Shown here in pieces: positions 7,229-15,501 of a stretch of DNA of 16,881 nt. Each line of letters begins with the position of its first letter. The first letter of the stretch is position 1. The notes beneath the pieces were generated by a model. It saw only the letters and a program-made list of their open reading frames with translations. It was not told the DNA's origin and did not search any database. Made by a program: the position numbers and the translations under genes. Source of the DNA: a bacterium (GTDB lineage: Bacteria > RBG-13-61-14 > DATKZS01); contig JAWOBU010000197.1 of assembly GCA_046484135.1 (NCBI GenBank), forward strand, positions 1 through 16,881, in the 5' to 3' direction.

Positions 7229-8626
7229 TTATGCCTCGTTCTCCATTTCGTCTTCCCTTTCAATCCCCAGTTTTTCCAGCCGGTATCGAAAGGACCGGAA
7301 CGAGATGCCCAGAAGCTCGGCCGCGCGTTTCTTGACGCCGCCGGTTCTTTGCAAGGCTTCCTCGATCAGGTTTCTTTCCACTTCTTCTATGTACTTCTCC
7401 AGCTCCATTCCCTCGGGCGGGATGGAGGTCCCGGAAGCCGGGGTAGGCTCGGTTTTTCGGGGAGAGAGATTATCGGGCAGGTTGTCCGGCATGATGGTAT
7501 CGGAGTAAGCCAGGCTGATGGCCCGCTCGATGGTGTTCTCGAGCTCCCTTATATTGCCGGGCCATTCATACTCCTGGAGAGTGGCAAGCGCTTTGTCGGA
7601 GATACCGGAGACCTCTTTTCCGATCTCGTCTGCGAAGCGGTTTATGAAGTGTTCCACCAGCAGGGGAATGTCGTCCTTTCTCTCCCGCAAGGGCGGCATG
7701 GTCATCTGGATAACGTTCAGCCGGTAGTAGAGGTCTTCCCGGAAGTCGCCGTTTTTGACGCTCTCCTGCAAGTCGCGGTTGGACGCGGCAATAACTCTTA
7801 CGTCCACGCTTACGTCCTTGACCCCTCCCACCGGCTTGAAGGTTTTTTCCTGTATGGCCCGGAGCAGCTTGACCTGGATATTCAAGGGGGTCTCTCCCAC
7901 CTCGTCCAGGAAAACGGTGCCTTGATGGGCGACCTCGAAAAGCCCCTTCTTGTCCTGGTAGGCCCCGGTAAAAGAGCCTTTCAGGTGGCCGAAGAGCTCG
8001 CTTTCCAGAAGCTCTGCGGGAATGGCCCCGCAGTTCACGGTCACCATGGGCTTGTCCGCCCGGGTACTGTTGTAATGGATGGCCTTGGCGGCCAGCTCCT
8101 TGCCGGTGCCGGACTCTCCCAGTATAAGTACGTTGGCTTTGGTGGGAGCGATTTTACGGATGAGATCGTACACCTCCTGCATGGGCCGGGAAGCACCCAC
8201 CAGGTTCCGGAAGGTGTAACGGGACTCGACCTCCTGGCGCAAGCGGAGGTTCTCCTCCACCAGTCGCGTCTTCTCCAGGGCTTTTCCCACCACCAGCAGA
8301 ATCTCGTCCACCTGGAAGGGCTTGGTTATGTAATCGTAAGCCCCTATCTTCATGGCTTCCACTGCGTTTTCCGGTGAAGCGTATGCGGTGATCATGATAA
8401 CCATGGCGTTCTGATAAAGCTCCCGCGCTCTTTTCAGTACCTCCATGCCGGAGACCCTGGGCATCATGATGTCGCAGATAATAAGGTCAAACCGGTCCTT
8501 CTTTATCCTTTGCAGGGCCTCTTCGCCGGAGGCCGCACTTTCCACCTCGTACCCCTCTTTCTGCAGAAGGATTTCCAGGAACTCCCGCATGCTGAGCTCG
8601 TCGTCAACCACCAGTATTTTGCTCAA
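7229..8626 (-). CDS. pilR: Sigma54-dependent NtrC-family response regulator PilR
   Basis: Receiver domain (ILVVDDE, CDIMMP, YITKPF); AAA+ domain with GESGTGKE, ESELFGH, GSFTGA, FLDEVGE and WPGNIRELEN; C-terminal Fis-type HTH (AAELLGISFRSFRYRL). Directly follows pilS in a pilBTC cluster. TTG start with an AAGGAG RBS. Confidence 0.9.
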   Translation of the reverse strand: MSKILVVDDELSMREFLEILLQKEGYEVESAASGEEALQRIKKDRFDLIICDIMMPRVSGMEVLKRARELYQNAMVIMITAYASPENAVEAMKIGAYDYITKPFQVDEILLVVGKALEKTRLVEENLRLRQEVESRYTFRNLVGASRPMQEVYDLIRKIAPTKANVLILGESGTGKELAAKAIHYNSTRADKPMVTVNCGAIPAELLESELFGHLKGSFTGAYQDKKGLFEVAHQGTVFLDEVGETPLNIQVKLLRAIQEKTFKPVGGVKDVSVDVRVIAASNRDLQESVKNGDFREDLYYRLNVIQMTMPPLRERKDDIPLLVEHFINRFADEIGKEVSGISDKALATLQEYEWPGNIRELENTIERAISLAYSDTIMPDNLPDNLSPRKTEPTPASGTSIPPEGMELEKYIEEVERNLIEEALQRTGGVKKRAAELLGISFRSFRYRLEKLGIEREDEMENEA

Positions 8627-8647
8627 GTCTCTCTCCTTAAACAGCCT

Positions 8648-10384
8648 TCATCGGTTTTCTTCAGAAGACGAGCCTTCCTGCCGTTCCTCCCGGCCATGAT
8701 ACTTCAACGGAAGCCAGATTACGAACCTGGTGCCGCCGCCGTAGACGTTCTCCACCCCGATGCTTCCATTCATGGATTCCACGATCCTGTAGACCACGGA
8801 GAGTCCCAGGCCGGTTCCTTCCTCCCGGGTGGTAAAGAAAGGGTCGAAGATTTTGTCCCGGTAGTGTTCGGGAATGCCCGGGCCGGTATCTTCCACTTCC
8901 ATCTCCACTATCTCGTCCCTTTCGGGCGCCGGTTCTTTTACGGAGGCCCGAATGGTGATGTTTCCGCCGTGCTCCATTATCTGGGCGGCGTTGGTGACCA
9001 GGTTCCACAGTATCTGCTGGAGCAGCTTGGGGTCGGTATCCATTTCCACGTCCCGGTCCACCCTTATATCAAAGCTCACCTGCGTTTTTATGTCGAACCT
9101 CTGGTTGAAGGCCTCCAGCATCTCGTCAACCAGTTGCTTCAGATTGAACTTTTGTACGTTGCGGGCCGCGGGCCGGGCGAATAGAAGAAAATCGTTGATG
9201 AGATGATTGAGACGGTCGGTTTCCCGCAGTACGATCCGCATGAGCCTCTGGCTGGTGTCGTCGCTGCCCACCGCCTGCTGGAGCATCTGGGTGGAGCCGG
9301 AGATGGATGCCAGGGGATTTCTTATCTCGTGGGCCATGCCCGCGGCCAACTGTCCCACCGCGGCAAGCCGGTCGCTTTTGCGCAGCCTCTGTTCCATCTC
9401 CCGTGTTTCCGTAACATCATTGAAGATGACCAGGGTCCCCAGAATTTCTCCGCCGGCCCCTTGCAGAGGGGCGATTCGGAACTCCAGGTTCCTGGTCTCG
9501 CCATTTCGGTTGGTCCATTCCGACTCGAAGCGATACGGACCCTGGAAGAGGATATCCTTTTTTTCCCGCAGTGAAAGGGCGGGTTGGGGGAAAATCTCGC
9601 TGAAGCCCTTACCTGTGACCTCCTTCTCCTTAAAACCGGTGATGCCCGCGGCCGCCCGGTTAAAAGAGGTTATTTTTCCGCTCATGTCCAGGGTCACCAG
9701 GCCGGAGGACAGGGAGAAGATAATGTTTTCGTTCAATGCTTCCAGGGTGTCCCGGTCCTTCTTGGTCTCCTTGAGCTCCACGTCGGTGGAGCGGAGCTTC
9801 TCCGTCAAATAGGTGGACAAAACCGCGGTGCCGAACATGGCGGCAAGGTTGATAAAGAAGTTGTAGTACAGCTCCGGCCATTTGACCACCAGCCCGGTTG
9901 CGATAAGGTAGGGTATGTGTCCCCTGCCCATGCCCACGATAATAATTCCGTAGAGAAGGGCCCCCCCGGCAGCAGCCAGAAAAGCCCCCCGTCGGTACTG
10001 GATGATACCGCCCATGATGATGGCCAAAAGATACAAAAAGGAGAAGATGCTCTGGATGCCGCCGGTGATATAGATGAGCGCGCTTACGAAAAGTATCTCC
10101 CAGATGATCTGGACAAAGGAAAAGACGATAAAGCGTTTGAGCCACCGCAACAGAAGGAGGGAAAGCAGGGTGATGAAATAAGTGACGCCGGAGAGAGTAT
10201 AAAGCGCGATCAGGGGAATGGTGGTAAAAGAAGGGGTCCGGCTGACGTGTATAAATATGGTGGCCCCTAAAAGAAAAGTCACCATTATGACCCGGAGCAA
10301 AAGAGAAAGTTGAAGCCGCCGGTAGAATTCCTCCCCGGCGGCTGATTCTCCCCGGGCCATCGGTATGACGGCCCCTCTACCCAT
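8648..10384 (-). CDS. pilS: Membrane sensor histidine kinase PilS (multi-TM, PAS, HisKA, HATPase)
   Basis: Several hydrophobic TM segments with the PilS-like YITGGIQSIFSFLY; a PAS domain; intact H box AHEIRNPL, N box QILWNLVTNA, G1 DTGPGI, F box FDPFFTT and G2 GTGLGL. Lies between pilC and pilR. An alternative start is ATG 10360. Confidence 0.9.
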   Translation of the reverse strand: MGRGAVIPMARGESAAGEEFYRRLQLSLLLRVIMVTFLLGATIFIHVSRTPSFTTIPLIALYTLSGVTYFITLLSLLLLRWLKRFIVFSFVQIIWEILFVSALIYITGGIQSIFSFLYLLAIIMGGIIQYRRGAFLAAAGGALLYGIIIVGMGRGHIPYLIATGLVVKWPELYYNFFINLAAMFGTAVLSTYLTEKLRSTDVELKETKKDRDTLEALNENIIFSLSSGLVTLDMSGKITSFNRAAAGITGFKEKEVTGKGFSEIFPQPALSLREKKDILFQGPYRFESEWTNRNGETRNLEFRIAPLQGAGGEILGTLVIFNDVTETREMEQRLRKSDRLAAVGQLAAGMAHEIRNPLASISGSTQMLQQAVGSDDTSQRLMRIVLRETDRLNHLINDFLLFARPAARNVQKFNLKQLVDEMLEAFNQRFDIKTQVSFDIRVDRDVEMDTDPKLLQQILWNLVTNAAQIMEHGGNITIRASVKEPAPERDEIVEMEVEDTGPGIPEHYRDKIFDPFFTTREEGTGLGLSVVYRIVESMNGSIGVENVYGGGTRFVIWLPLKYHGREERQEGSSSEENR

Positions 10385-10398
10385 GGTTTTTTTATACT

Positions 10399-11661
10399 TT
10401 ACTGTTCGCCGAATCTTCCCACCATTTCAAAGATGGGCAGGTACATGGCCACGGCCAGGCCGCCCACGGTAACTCCCAGAAATACCATGAGCAACGGCTC
10501 GATCATGTTGGTCAGGGCCTCCACTGCATCGTCCACCTCTTCTTCGTAGAAGTCGGCTATCTTGGCCAGCATGGAATCGAGCGCGCCCGTCTGCTCGCCC
10601 ACGCCGATCATCTGGACCACCATATTGGGAAACACCTTGCTCTCCTTCAACGGCTCGGTCAAGGTTTTGCCCTCGGCGATCCCGCTCCGCACGTTTTGAA
10701 GCTCATACTCCACCACCTTGTTGCCGGCGACCTTGGAAACGATATCCAGGCCGTCCATGATAGGCACACCCGAGCTGATAAGGGTCCCCAGCGTCCGGGT
10801 AAAACTGGCCACCGTGGACTTCCGGATCAGGTCGCCGACCACGGGAGCTTTTAACAGGGCGGCGTGGAGATAGTACTTTCCTTTTTCGTTCTGGTTGATC
10901 GCGTAAATGGCCCCGATCAAAAGACCAGTGACCACCAGGATGATGGCCCAGCCCGGCAGGGGACTTCCCTTCACCAGCCAGTCGCTCATGGCCACCACGT
11001 AAGCGGTAAGAGCGGGCAGCTCACCCAGGTTCATGTCGCTGAACATCTTCTCGAAGGTCGGGACCACGAAGATCAACAGCACCGCCACAACCGCCACCGC
11101 CACGATGAGAACGATGGAAGGATAGACCATGGCGCTCTTGATCTGCTTCTTGATCCGTTCCGTCTTCTCGATCATCAGAGCCAGACGGCCCAGGATGGTG
11201 TCCAGGATACCTCCAACCTCGCCGGCCCGCACCATGTGCACGTATAGGTCGCCGAACACCTTGGGGTGCCGGGCCAGAGAGTCGGCAAAAGTGGCGCCCG
11301 ATTCCACCGAGTTCTTGACGTCGTAGAGCGTCTTCTGGAAAGTACGGTTCTCGGTCTCGGCGGCCAGGAGTTCCAGGCACTGGACGAGGGGAAGGCCGGC
11401 GTCAATCATGGTGGCGAACTGACGGGTGAAAACAATGATGTCCTTGGGGGTAACCCGGGGGGCCAGAAAGCTGACGTAGTCCCCAAGCTCTATTTGGTTC
11501 AGGTCAGAAAGGCTGAACCCTTTGGTCTTGATGGAGCCTTCCGTGGGGGTTATGTCCTGGGTGCGAAGCTTGGCTGCCACCGCTTCCGCGTTGGGAGCTT
11601 CCATGACTCCTTTGTGAACCTTGCCGCTGGATGTCCTTCCTTGCCATTCGAACTTGGGCAT
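10399..11661 (-). CDS. pilC: Type IV pilus inner-membrane platform protein PilC (T2SS F family)
   Basis: FTRQFATMIDAGLPLVQCL, RAGEVGGILD, IKSAMVYP, TRTLGTLISSGVPI, GEQTGALDSML, IEPLLMVFLG and AMYLPIF. Confidence 0.96.
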   Translation of the reverse strand: MPKFEWQGRTSSGKVHKGVMEAPNAEAVAAKLRTQDITPTEGSIKTKGFSLSDLNQIELGDYVSFLAPRVTPKDIIVFTRQFATMIDAGLPLVQCLELLAAETENRTFQKTLYDVKNSVESGATFADSLARHPKVFGDLYVHMVRAGEVGGILDTILGRLALMIEKTERIKKQIKSAMVYPSIVLIVAVAVVAVLLIFVVPTFEKMFSDMNLGELPALTAYVVAMSDWLVKGSPLPGWAIILVVTGLLIGAIYAINQNEKGKYYLHAALLKAPVVGDLIRKSTVASFTRTLGTLISSGVPIMDGLDIVSKVAGNKVVEYELQNVRSGIAEGKTLTEPLKESKVFPNMVVQMIGVGEQTGALDSMLAKIADFYEEEVDDAVEALTNMIEPLLMVFLGVTVGGLAVAMYLPIFEMVGRFGEQ

Positions 11662-11728
11662 TTTTCCTTCCCCTTTTTTGATCTTGGCCTTCCGCGTTTA
11701 CTGAGCAGACGGCAAGTAAAACCTCTTT

Positions 11729-12841
11729 TTATTTTGATCCTGCCGGCCGCGACGGGGCCCCGCCCCGAGACGGGGCCCCGCCCCGGGCGATTATCTGTTG
11801 GAGCTCCTCCGGTTCCGAGCTCCGGCCCATGGCGTCGTCAAGGGTGATCAAACGCTTGTTGTAAAGCTCGCCAAGCGACTGGTTGAAAGTCTTCATTCCG
11901 AACTTTTCCTGTCCCACCTGCATCGAGGTGTAAATCTGGTGGACTTTATCTTCACGGATCAGGTTCCGCACCGCGGGGTTGGGGACCATGACCTCGATGG
12001 CCAGGACCCGGCCATGCCCGGAGGCTTTGGGAATAAGGTTCTGACAGAGCACGCCTTCCAGAACAAAGGACACCTGCGCCCGGATCTGGGGCTGCTGGTA
12101 AGAGGGAAACACGTCAATGATACGGTTGATGGTCTGGACGCAGGAGTTGGTATGCAAGGTCCCGAAGACCAGGTGGCCGGTTTCCGCGGCCACCAGCGCC
12201 ATCTCCATGGTTTCCACGTCTCTCATCTCGCCGACCAGGACCACGTCCGGGTCCTGCCGCAGGATGTACTTGAGCGCGATCTTGAAGCTCTTGGTGTCGG
12301 CGTTGATCTCCCGCTGGTTGATGATGCAGTTCTTGTGAGGATGGAGGTACTCGATCGGGTCTTCGATGGTTATGATATGTTCGTACCTTTCGCTGTTGAT
12401 CTTGTCTATGATGGCCGCCAGGGTGGTGGACTTGCCCGAGCCGGTGGGACCCGTCACCAGGATAAGGCCGCGCGGCTTGGTGCCGAAGGTCTCGACCACC
12501 GGCGGAAGCCCCAGCTCATTGAAGCTGAGTATCTTGAAGGGGATGGTACGAAAGGCGCCCGCAACCGCTCCCCTCTGCATGAAGATGTTGGCCCGGAACC
12601 GGGAGAGCCCCTTTACCCCGAAGCTCAAGTCCAGCTCGTTGGACTCCTCGAACCGGTGCTTCTGGGAGTCGGTAAGGATCGAGTAACAAAGCTGCTTGGT
12701 CTCCGGCGCGGTCAGCGGAGGCGACTTCAGGGGATTGAGCTTCCCGTCTATCCGCAACTGGGGAGGCGAGCCCGTGGTGATGTGAAGGTCCGAGGCCCCC
12801 TTCTCGATCATGGCTTTCAGTAACTGATGCAGATTAGGCAT
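11729..12841 (-). CDS. pilT: Type IV pilus retraction ATPase PilT
   Basis: ASDLH, Walker A GPTGSGKSTT, Asp box TIEDPIE, Walker B LRQDPDVVLVGEMRD, His box ETGHLVFGTLH, and the PilT AIRNLIRE-type motif AVRNLIRE. AGGAGG RBS. Confidence 0.97.
   Translation of the reverse strand: MPNLHQLLKAMIEKGASDLHITTGSPPQLRIDGKLNPLKSPPLTAPETKQLCYSILTDSQKHRFEESNELDLSFGVKGLSRFRANIFMQRGAVAGAFRTIPFKILSFNELGLPPVVETFGTKPRGLILVTGPTGSGKSTTLAAIIDKINSERYEHIITIEDPIEYLHPHKNCIINQREINADTKSFKIALKYILRQDPDVVLVGEMRDVETMEMALVAAETGHLVFGTLHTNSCVQTINRIIDVFPSYQQPQIRAQVSFVLEGVLCQNLIPKASGHGRVLAIEVMVPNPAVRNLIREDKVHQIYTSMQVGQEKFGMKTFNQSLGELYNKRLITLDDAMGRSSEPEELQQIIARGGAPSRGGAPSRPAGSK
11751..11786. repeat. 18-bp tandem duplication in the pilT 3' end
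   Basis: gacggggccccgccccga followed by gacggggccccgccccgg (17/18 identical), encoding RGGAPS-RGGAPS. Confidence 0.9.
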
Positions 12842-12860
12842 TACTCCTCCTACAAGGGGT

Positions 12861-14567
12861 TTAGTCGCTGGCGGTTGCGCGAAGAACCTCTTCGGGGGTG
12901 GTCATTCCTTCCGCAATGCGTTTGAGACCGGACTCCCGCAAAGTCAGCATGCCCAGCCGCCGGGCCTCAGACTTGAGCTCCGCCGAGCTGGCGCCGTTTA
13001 ACACGAATTCCTTTAAGTCGTCATACATGTACATGACCTCGGAGAGCGCGATCCTGCCCTTGTAACCCGTCTCGTTGCAAACGTGACAGCCCTCTCCCCT
13101 CCTGCACTCGCAGCTCTGGGCCTCTTCCTCGCTCATGCCCAGGTCCGTGAGGGTCGCCGCCTCGATCTCCACCGGCACCGAGCACTCCGGGCAGTTCTTG
13201 CGGGACAGACGCTGGGCCTGGATAACGTTTACCGAGCTGGCCACCAGGAACGGCTCCACTCCCATGTTGAGAAGCCGGTTCACAGTGGAAGGAGCGTCGT
13301 TGGTGTGCAGGGTGGACAAAACCAGGTGGCCGGTAAGAGCCGCCTTGACCGCGATCTCAGCCGTCTCGAAGTCCCGGATCTCCCCCACCATGATGATGTC
13401 CGGGTCCTGCCGGAGAAACGACCGCAAAGCCGAAGCGAAATTAAGTCCGATCTCTTCTTTCATCTGCACCTGGTTGATCCCCATCAGGTTGAACTCCACC
13501 GGGTCCTCCGCGGTGCTGATGTTGGTGGTCGTCTTGTTGAGCTCGGAAAGCGCAGAGTAAAGCGTGGTGGTCTTGCCCGAACCGGTGGGACCGGTAACCA
13601 GCACCATGCCGTATGGCTGACGGATCGCGGTCTGGAAAAGGCCCAACTGCTCTTCAAAGAACCCCAGCTTGGTCATGTCGAGCTCAAGGTTGGACTTGTC
13701 CAGAAGACGGCAGACAACCTTCTCCCCGAAAAGGGTGGGAAGAACCGAAACACGGTAGTCCATCTCCTGGTTCTTGCCCATCTTGATCTTGATACGCCCG
13801 TCCTGGGGAAGCCGCTTCTCCGCGATGTTCAAGTTGGCCATGATCTTGACACGGGCCACGATCGGGTTCTTCAGCTTCATGGGAGGCTTCATCACTTCGT
13901 AAAGAATACCGTCTATCCGGTAGCGGACCCGGAAGGCCTTCTCGTAAGGCTCCACGTGGATGTCAGACGCGTTCTTCTTGATGGCGTCGGTAAGGATCAT
14001 GTTAACAAGCCGAATCACCGGAGCGTCCTCGCTCGCCTTCTCCAGGTCGCCTATGTTGACCTCGTCCTCCTCTTCGCCCCCTAACTCGACGTCCATACCC
14101 TCGAAGTCCTCCCAGTCCAGGCCCGCGGCAATGTCCCCCCCCGTGTCCGCGTAGTACTTGTCAATGGCATCGTTGATGGCGTTCTCCGGCGCCACCACCA
14201 CGTCCACCTTGAAGCCCGCGTAAAACTCCAGGTCGCTTACCGCGAACATGTTGGAAGGGTCGGCCATGGCAACCACCAGCGTCGGGCCCGCCCGGGTGAT
14301 GGGAATCAAGGAGTGCTTCCGCGCCAGCTCTTCCGATACCAGGTTAATGACCTCTCTGTCTATCTCCACCTCGGAAAGGTTGATGGAAGGAACACCGAAC
14401 TGTTTGCTTAAAAAATCAGCCAGCTCCTCTTCCTGGATCAAACCCAGCCGCGTAAGGTTGGCTCCAAGACGGCCGCCATGCTTCTTCTGCTCCTCCAAAG
14501 CCTGTTGAAGGTCCGAAGCGGTTATATAGTTCTCCCGAACCAGGAGCTCCCCAAGTTTCTGGACCAT
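12861..14567 (-). CDS. pilB: Type IV pilus assembly ATPase PilB with N-terminal MshEN-like domain
   Basis: ASDIHVEP, EKRLPQDGR, GPTGSGKTTTLY, TAEDPVE, LRQDPDIIMVGEIRD, AALTGHLVLSTLHTND, and a Zn-type CPEC...CHVC...GYKGR motif. GGGAGG RBS. Confidence 0.97.
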   Translation of the reverse strand: MVQKLGELLVRENYITASDLQQALEEQKKHGGRLGANLTRLGLIQEEELADFLSKQFGVPSINLSEVEIDREVINLVSEELARKHSLIPITRAGPTLVVAMADPSNMFAVSDLEFYAGFKVDVVVAPENAINDAIDKYYADTGGDIAAGLDWEDFEGMDVELGGEEEDEVNIGDLEKASEDAPVIRLVNMILTDAIKKNASDIHVEPYEKAFRVRYRIDGILYEVMKPPMKLKNPIVARVKIMANLNIAEKRLPQDGRIKIKMGKNQEMDYRVSVLPTLFGEKVVCRLLDKSNLELDMTKLGFFEEQLGLFQTAIRQPYGMVLVTGPTGSGKTTTLYSALSELNKTTTNISTAEDPVEFNLMGINQVQMKEEIGLNFASALRSFLRQDPDIIMVGEIRDFETAEIAVKAALTGHLVLSTLHTNDAPSTVNRLLNMGVEPFLVASSVNVIQAQRLSRKNCPECSVPVEIEAATLTDLGMSEEEAQSCECRRGEGCHVCNETGYKGRIALSEVMYMYDDLKEFVLNGASSAELKSEARRLGMLTLRESGLKRIAEGMTTPEEVLRATASD

Positions 14568-14674
14568 TACCTTGTTCCTCCCAAAATTCGCATCAAAGTC
14601 ACCTCTTTTAATACCGGCCTGTTCCTGTTAATGCCGGGATTCGAGAACAGGCCACAGCAACATGCCATAAAGTT

Positions 14675-14704
14675 ATTTTAAACTATACTTTCAAACTCTG
14701 TCAA
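14675..14704 (-). promoter_or_regulatory. Putative sigma70 promoter of the pilBTCSR operon
   Basis: On the minus strand, TTGACA (14704-14699), an 18-nt spacer and TAAAAT (14680-14675), with AT-rich sequence upstream. This would give a 5' UTR of about 100 nt. Confidence 0.6.
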
Positions 14705-14821
14705 GCTCGGTTTAATTGAAATTTAATCCCGCCCCTCTTCAATCTTTACCCGGAAGGTTCCTTTCGCAAGTTTGGATGCGGTTTTTCTTGTTTCCGATTC
14801 GTTTTTTTGCCGGCACCGCTC

Positions 14822-14855
14822 TTGACAAACGGAGAATCTTCGCCTAATCTTCTCC
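14822..14855 (+). promoter_or_regulatory. Putative sigma70 promoter of lexA with an overlapping candidate LexA operator
   Basis: TTGACA (14822-14827), a 17-nt spacer and TAATCT (14845-14850). It is overlapped by GGAGAATCTTCGCC (imperfect palindrome) and by the direct repeat AATCTTCGCC-T-AATCTTCTCC. Confidence 0.65.
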
Positions 14856-14859
14856 TTGG

Positions 14860-15462
14860 ATGGAATACCTTACCAAAAGGCAAAACGAGGTGTATAACTA
14901 CCTGGCCGACTACCTGGCCGACAAGGGGCGGCCGCCGTCCTACGAGGAGATCCGGGCCGCGCTGGGGCTCCGTTCCCTGTCCACCGTGCACAAGCACCTC
15001 AAGCAGTTGGAACGAAAAGGGTATCTCCGCTCTCCCTGGAAAAGCCGGAAGCGGGCCCTTTCCCTGGTGGAATCCGGCGGGCGGTCAGTAAGTCTTCCTC
15101 TTTTGGGCCAGGTGGCCGCGGGAGACCCCATCGAGGCCCTCGAGGTCCCCGAAGAGGTGGACGTGCCCGAAAGCCTCCTCCGCGGAGACGAGTGCTTCGC
15201 CCTCCGCGTGCGGGGGGAGTCCATGATCGAGGAAGGCATCTGCGACGGCGACGTGATCATAGTGAAAAGCCAACAGACCGCCGAACGCGGCCGGACCGTG
15301 GTGGCACTGGTGGAAGGCGAGGCCACCGTCAAGATGTTCTACCCCCGCAAGAACGACATAGAACTCCGGCCGGCCAATCAATCCATGGAGTCCATCTTCG
15401 CACCCGCCGACAGCGTGGAAATAAGAGGCGTAGTCATCGGCCTGGTGCGGAGCTATAAGTAA
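14860..15462 (+). CDS. lexA: SOS transcriptional repressor LexA
   Basis: N-terminal wHTH (LTKRQ...PPSYEEI...SLSTVHKHLKQLERKGY), Ala-Gly cleavage site (GQVAAG), catalytic Ser (VRGESM) and Lys (ATVK), and LRPAN. Confidence 0.96.
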   Translation: MEYLTKRQNEVYNYLADYLADKGRPPSYEEIRAALGLRSLSTVHKHLKQLERKGYLRSPWKSRKRALSLVESGGRSVSLPLLGQVAAGDPIEALEVPEEVDVPESLLRGDECFALRVRGESMIEEGICDGDVIIVKSQQTAERGRTVVALVEGEATVKMFYPRKNDIELRPANQSMESIFAPADSVEIRGVVIGLVRSYK

Positions 15463-15501
15463 GTAAGGCTGTTTTATCTTTGTATCGTGTCGCCGCCATC
15501 C

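Noticed and set aside
7960..7990. GSFTGA instead of GAFTGA in PilR
   Set aside because: This variant is common in PilR-type activators, so it is not evidence of inactivity.
7349..14084. Long plus-strand ORFs (342, 341, 333 aa and others) opposite pilR, pilT and pilB
   Set aside because: They are typical stop-poor reverse frames of GC-rich, codon-biased genes, fully overlapping well-supported CDSs.
14650..14670. TGGCATGTTGC on the minus strand as a sigma54 promoter for pilB
   Set aside because: The GG and GC are not separated by the required 10 nt.
14568..14670. GEMM (c-di-GMP/cGAMP) riboswitch upstream of the pilus operon
   Set aside because: The GGCAAACC...GAAA...GACGCAAAGC-type consensus elements are not visible.
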